Below are positions 50,543-56,569 of a stretch of DNA of 56,569 nt, in pieces. Under the pieces are notes generated by a model, which searched no databases, was not told the DNA's origin, and saw nothing but the letters and a program-made list of their open reading frames with translations. The translations under genes were made by a program, and so were the position numbers. Source of the stretch: Moniliella sp. 'wahieum' (lineage: Eukaryota); the NCBI GenBank assembly GCA_003971905.1, contig RSEE01000096.1, positions 186,001 through 242,569 on the forward strand. Reading direction: 5' to 3'. Position 1 is the first letter of the stretch. The number at the start of each line of letters is the position of its first letter.

Positions 50543-53482
50543 ATGCGCCCCGCGCACCCGCCCGGTGCTGCCCCTCCCCCATGGACGCTGCCCACCTCCG
50601 CGATCTCCTCGATGCTCTCCGCCTCACCAGCCCCCCCTCCCAGGCCCTCGGCCCCTACCCGGCCCCCCACCCCGACCTCTTTGCCCCCCCCCGCCGACAA
50701 CCGCACCGCCCCCGCCACCGGCAACGACGACGACGAGGGCTACTACTCGGATGGCAGCTCCTATGTCCTCTCCAGCGGCCACGAGGACGGCCAGGAGGAC
50801 CAGAACCAGTCCCTGACCCGCCAGCTCGCCGAGACGGCCGTGGGCGTGCGCGAGATGAGCAAGCATGGGCCGTGCGCGGGTCAAGAGCAAGATCGAGAGC
50901 GTGCTGATCATCACCAAGGCGCGCGACAACCAGCTCATCACCTACACGCGCGACCTTGCGCTCTGGCTCATGCTGAGCCAACGTCCGCGTGGACGCGGCC
51001 TGATCGTGTATGTGGACCAGCAACTGCAGCGCTCCAAACGGTTTGACTCGGCTGGCATTCAGCGCGACTACCCGCACGTGTTTGAGCCGATTGCGCATCG
51101 TGCCGAGCGCCGCTCCTCGGCTGGCACGCCCACCGAGGCCGATGCGTTCCCGTACGAAGGCCAGCTGCGTTACTGGACGCCCGACCTGTGCACCGAACTC
51201 CCGAGCTGGTGGACTTTGTCGTCACGCTGGGCGGGGATGGAACGGTGTTGTTTGCCTCGTGGCTGTTCCAGCGGATCGTGCCGCCCGTGTTGCCCTTCTC
51301 GCTGGGCTCGCTCGGCTTTTTGACCAACTTTGAGTTTGGCCAGTTCAAAAAGGTCATGGAATCCGTCTTGGACGAAGGGATTCGGGTCAATATGCGGATG
51401 CGCTTTACGGCCACTGTTTATGTAGGTTGCCCCTCCCTTGCCCCTTGTGCTTTGCTCCTACCCCGTTTTCCCCCGGGGCTGAACCGCTGACTCGTGTGCG
51501 TGTGCCGTTCGTTTGGCTGGTAGCGCGTGGTACGGGAGGACACGGAGGATGCCGAACGGCAATATGCAATCAAGAGCGGCAAGACGGTGCCATCTACATG
51601 AAGGAGATGTCACGCGGGGCATGGCAGACCATCGAAAACAGCGAGCACGAAGAGTGTACTTCCGACCAGTGCAACGATCCGGATTCGCACCAAGGCGACG
51701 GGTGTCCCGCGATGGACAAGGAGGTCAAATGCTTTACCACCCGTCCGCACGAGACGTTCGAGGTACTCAACGACCTGGTCATTGACCGTGGCCCCAGTCC
51801 GTTTGTCACCCTGCTTGAGATTTTCGGTAACGAACATCACATGACAACGGTCCAGGGCGACGGGATTTGCATTGCGACGCCAACGGGCTCGACTGCGTAT
51901 TCGCTTGCCGCCGGTGGCTCCTCCCTCGCTCATCCCGAGATCCCAGCGATTCTCATCACGCCCATTTGCCCGCACACGCTCTCCTTCCGACCTATGCTCT
52001 TGCCCGACAGCATTGACGTACGCATTGTAGTCCCTTACAATTCGCGCAGTACGGCCTGGGCTAGTTTTGATGGACGTGGCCGGGTGGAGCTCAAGCAAGG
52101 CGACCACATTAAAGTCACTGCGTCCCGCTACCCGTTCCCTAGTGTTTGTCGCGACAATCAATCCGTCGACTGGTTCCGTGCCATCTCCTCCACGCTCAAA
52201 TGGAACGAACGGCAACGCCAAAAGTCCTTTGTTGTCCTCGAGGACGACCCGAGGAAGACGAGCTGCAGGAGGATGACACACCATCGGGACCTGCAGATGC
52301 ACCCCCTCCACTTGCGTCGGCCGCACAACCCGCGGCCTCGTCCCAGTCCCTTGGACCGGGCCAGGAATCTGCGCCTGCGCCTGCACCGCTACCCGCTACG
52401 AAGAATCCGGTGGCAGCCCCACCCCATCTGCTCCCGGCTCCCATCCAACTCGCGAATCAACCATGTCCATGCCTCCATCCCCTGACCAAGGCAGGAAAAC
52501 GGGCACCCCACCGCGTTCGAACAGCGAAGCGTCGTATGATATTGAAGAGCGCCCATCCCACTACGCCTAGCGAAGGTGTGACCCCATCGGGTCGTTGGGC
52601 CCAGGGGCTGGTGGCGGTACGGCTGGTGGCGGTACCCTCTACTCCCCGCGGAGACATGCGACGGTCGCAATCGGGCAAGCGCAAGACCGAAGCGCTTCCT
52701 CGTCTGCCTCTGTCCCATTTGACCCGTACCCATGCGCCCAAGGGAATGCGAATGAGTTCCTTGCGCTCGCCCCCGTCTCGTACTCGTTTGGCCTCCCGCT
52801 CTATGCCGGGCAGCGGTGCGCACACGCCGGCCGGGCCCTCGGTTGGCGCCTCGCCCATCTCGCACTCTACCAACCACACCCGCCCTCCCTCTCCCACCAT
52901 GTCCCTCGACCCGCACCGCGCGCCACCCGAAGGGAAGAGTGTGCCTGCCGAGCTGTCCTCGGAGAAGGCGTGGCCGACCCCGTGCCAGCGGGGAAGCGGT
53001 GCCGGTGCCGGTGCCAGGTGGGCCAATGACGTGCCTGGCTCCTCTGCCACCGAGGGGACGATGGAAAGAGCGAGAGTCCTCCGCTCTCCTACAGTCCCGA
53101 CCGGTACGGCAGTCCCGGTCCACCCAAGCCGCCTACCGCCGTCTCGCGCCGGCACATGACTGCCGCTGGCTTCCGCCAGCCGGGGCCAACACACCGCTTG
53201 TGCCTGTGGGCGGGCGTACGCGCGGGCGACAGGGCAGTGTCGCGGCGGAACTGGCGGCGAGTGCGCATGCCGCGCGGCAGAGCGTGGCGGACCGACGGGC
53301 GTCGTTGGTGGCGGGCAACTTGGCGGACCATCTGGTGGCCAGCCGCGCACCCCGCCCCCAGCCCCGCGCGCTGCGCCCCAGCAAGACGGCGCTCGTCGTC
53401 TATGGCGATGACGACTCGGATTCGGACGTGGAGGAGGAGCCTCGGGGGGGCATGTGCACTACGCCCGCATCCCCCGCACTAA
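50543..53482 (+). CDS. ATP-NAD kinase (Utr1/Yef1-like); 3' end approximate
   Basis: LAETAVGVREMSK, VLIITKARD, DFVVTLGGDGTVLFASWLFQ, VLNDLVIDRG, TPTGSTAYSLAAGG, ITPICPHTLSFRP; intron about 51422-51523. Confidence 0.93.
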
Positions 53483-53743
53483 GCCGCTTGCGCCTACCAG
53501 CCCCGTTACCAATGCATGCATCACGTACTCCCTCCAGGCGTCCATCCGACGATGGGGCGTTGCGGCCATGCGGGGCAGCCGCCGTCAGAATATATATAGG
53601 GATGCATCATCCCGCGTGCGCAGTCATAGCAGCCCGAGGGCGGAATGGGCCGCCGCACGCGATTCCGCCTGCGCCACGCCCCCGCCACGTCGCCGCTCGG
53701 AGCGCAGCGTCGCGCCGCTCGTTTCCCGCCATCGCCCCCCGCC

Positions 53744-55177
53744 ATGTCCATCCTCGCCCCCACCGCGCCGCCGGCCACGGACGATGCGAGCGAGAGCTTC
53801 ACCTTCACCGTCGGCAAGCTCGATGCGGGCATGGCCATCCTCATTGGTCCGCGTGCGTCGCTGATCGAGTTCCCCAGCCTCTTGCTCCCGCCCGGCGTCG
53901 GCGGCGGCGCGTCGTCAACATCCGCGTCACGCGCAACGAGACCGAGGAGGAACGCACACGCAAGGCGTTGTCGACCTGCAGGAGAAGATCCTCAATGCCT
54001 ATGGCTCCACCAAGCCGCGCGTGCCCGTGCTGCGCGAGCGCAACGTCACCCAAACCTCCGTCACGCTCGAGTGGGACAAGTCGAGCTCGCCTCGGCGCGC
54101 ATCTTGGCCTCGACATTTACCGCACGGCGCCCGCTTGGCCGCCATCCCCAATCCGCTCGTCAACACCAGTACCAAACTCAGTGGTCTCGACGTCGATGCC
54201 GACTACACCTTCCACCTTGTCCTGCGCACCTCGGCCGTGCCTTGCCTCCAACATTATCCGCCTCCGCACCCACACCATCCAGACACCTCGGGCATCGCCG
54301 TCGTCTCGGTCACATTGAGGACCCAACATTGAGCGTGCGGCCGTGGCGGCGCTGCGCAAGATGAACGCCCATACGCCCCACAAGATCCAATCGAGACGAC
54401 TCACTACGTCTGCTCCGACCCGCGCAATCGCGGCGACCCCGTCAAGGGCGGCATGGGCTCCATGTACAACCGCGGCCCAACTCAGCCTGCCCATCGTTCA
54501 ACCCGCCTGGATCTTTGCCTGCTACGCAGAGAAAAAAGTACGTGTGACTGTTCCCCTCTGTTTGTCTGACCACCACCACCGACCAACGACCAACCACACC
54601 CGACATCCGACAAGCACTGAACTTGATACTTGAGACTTGAGACTGACCCCGCATGGCCGACAGATGGTCCCCATTTCTGCCTACTACCTTGGCCAGAACC
54701 ACCGACCTGGCCCAACTGCGCAAAACGATTGGTGCGCTGCTGCATGAGGAGGATGCGAAGGGCAAGGAGGGGCAGCGCTGCGCACGACGCATCGGCCGAT
54801 CCCGACGCGGACGCAACCTCAGACGCGACGGGGGGGCGCGGCCGGGTCCGTTGGAGCCCTTGGCATTCGTCCTGACGCGCCCCACCTTTCGTCCGACACG
54901 ATCGTGCCGCCGAAAGAGAGCGAGACCGAGGGCGAGGCTGAGGCTGAGGCCGAGACGGGCCGGACAGGCCAAGGCTTGGCTTCTACCCCCTCGACTCGGA
55001 GCACACCCCATCGCTGCGCACCAAGGCCAAGGCTTGGCCGCCCACGTGCCGGCCTACGCTTCGGCCACCACCCACCTCACCGAAAGCATGGAAGAGGTCA
55101 ACCTTGCCTCCTCCCCGGGCTTCCATGGCCGTGGCGATTCCCAAGACTTGCCAACGGAGGAAATTGACTTGTCGTGA
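53744..55177 (+). CDS. CHS5: Exomer subunit / chitin biosynthesis protein Chs5 (FN3 + BRCT)
   Basis: [66 protein letters not shown] end [22 protein letters not shown]; intron 54538-54663. Confidence 0.92.
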
Positions 55178-55558
55178 TAGATATCAGGATCGGGATCGCT
55201 GGCCTGCCGCATCGGGATCGTACTGTACGTATCGTATTGTATCGTATCCCATTGTGCGAATGGTCGCAGCCAATCGAATCGAGTTCTGTCGCTGGCCAGC
55301 TGCTGCGTTCACTGCGTCGCGTGGGCCGGCCCCATTGCAGGCGGGTGGGAACGCAGCTCGGTAGATACGCTGCGTGGTGCGTCTAGTCTATAGAGCCAGG
55401 CGGGGAGGAAGCAGAGCAGCAGGATCGACGATGGACGGGCGGGAAGTGACGGGATATCAAGTTCACACTAAACCAAGCAGGAACAGGCCAGGGGAAAATG
55501 AAAGGCGTCACAGGTGAGGCCACACGCCAGCCGAGCGCAGCGAAACAGGCTCCAGCCC

Positions 55559-56198
55559 CTACTCGGCCGGCTCGTTGGGGCAGTCACGTGCGATCTGCAA
55601 AGGCCCGAGGGTAGGTTAGCCACGTCCGACGGGATTGGGGGACAAGAGAAGCAAAAAAAGAGCAAACACAGCCCAGAAGGGGGAGGCAAGGTGGGGGGGG
55701 GGGGGGACGTACGTGGCCAATGCCCTGGCAGCGGTAGCATTTCTTGCCGTTGGGGCAGTCGCGGGCAAAGTGGCCGCGCTCAGAGCAGTTGCGGCAGCGC
55801 ACGCGGGAGGTGTTGGGCGCCGGGGCGTCGGCCGAGGGCGGCTGGGTGCAGTCGCGCGCCAAGTGGTCCTGGGAGCCGCAGTTGTAGCATGCCTTGGTCT
55901 TGGGCGGCGCGGTGCGGGCGCCGACGTAGGCGCGGGCTTGTCGCCGTCGACGGGGGCCTTGGTAGCGGCCGCCGGGGTCTCGGGAGGTCGATGGGCTCGT
56001 TGGGGCAGTCGGCCTTGATGTGGCCCGACTGGCCACAGCGGTAGCATTGGCGCTGGGTGGCCGAGTGGGGCTCGGGGCAGGCGTTGCTCTCGTGGCCCGT
56101 GTTGCCACAGTTGAAGCACACGCGCTCGGGGCTGGTGACCTCGACGCGAGGTGGCCGAGCTTTCCACACACAAAGCAGCTGCGCGCACGACGGGCCAT
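55559..56198 (-). CDS. CCHC zinc-knuckle nucleic-acid-binding protein (Gis2/Byr3/CNBP-like)
   Basis: Six CX2CX4HX4C knuckles (CFVC, CFNC, CYRC, CYNC, CRNC, CYRC); intron 55712-55595 joins GIGH|IARDCPNEPAE*. Confidence 0.9.
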
Positions 56199-56569
56199 GG
56201 CGGAGGCGGGGGCGAGGATGGGGGGGGGTGGGGGGCGGGGGGAGGCGCCGATGTCGCTCGACACGACGCCCGGGCAAACGGCGGGCGTGGCGGCGCGCAT
56301 GGCAGCAGCAGGCAGCAGCAGCAGGCACAGCGGGCGGGCACAGCGCGGTGGGGCGCCCGGCGAGCCCAATTCTTCGCAGCCGAAACGAGTCGAAGCCAGC
56401 GCTGGCGCAGGGGAGCCCCGCCGGCCCCCCGCACGCCGCAGTGTCCACGCGTCCACCGCGCATTTGGCCAGCGCCTCCACACTCGCCTCGTGCCAGGCCC
56501 GGCAGCCGCAGGACACGTGACGCCCCTTGGCTTGGCTCCTGTGTGGACCGTGGCATGATCCATCCGTCG

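Noticed and set aside
55559..56198. CCHC knuckles as a retrotransposon gag
   Set aside because: Six tandem knuckles, a spliceosomal intron and no pol or LTR nearby fit a cellular Gis2/CNBP-like gene.
18298..56198. Functional cluster of RNA and ribosome genes (KH protein, NOP56, RPS4, Gis2-like)
   Set aside because: They are interspersed with unrelated housekeeping genes over 38 kb, with no evidence of co-regulation.
1..56569. Frameshifts in almost every gene suggesting pseudogenes or programmed frameshifting
   Set aside because: They also hit essential NOP56 and RPS4, many lie in homopolymers, and conserved motifs are otherwise intact; long-read indel error is the simplest explanation.

Overview
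GC-rich eukaryotic DNA from a basidiomycete fungus, most likely Ustilaginomycotina (inferred from protein similarity and short GTACGT/GTGCGT...CTRAC...YAG introns). About 17 protein genes are recognisable: a DUF1765-like protein (5'-truncated), two Csr1-like CRAL-TRIO proteins, a bHLH factor, a GHSQG lipase, a Mid2-like membrane protein, a 3xKH RNA-binding protein, NOP56, an Eps1-like PDI, RPS4, the Set9 H4K20 methyltransferase, an NAD kinase, CHS5, a Gis2/CNBP-like zinc-knuckle protein and three uncharacterised proteins. Nearly every gene, including essential ones, has small frameshifts, which points to an unpolished long-read assembly; CDS boundaries are therefore approximate. Main observations: (1) intergenic DNA carries a strongly enriched 7-bp-period grammar, T[C/G]A followed by a 4-bp palindrome, using at least 12 different palindromic tetramers; (2) the RPS4 intron hosts a box C/D snoRNA with a 12-nt guide to the 5' end of 18S rRNA; (3) a 2.5-copy TTAGGG tract with an abutting hairpin is a weak telomerase-RNA candidate; (4) a ~1,180-codon helical-repeat gene resembles an actinobacterial/fungal uncharacterised family.
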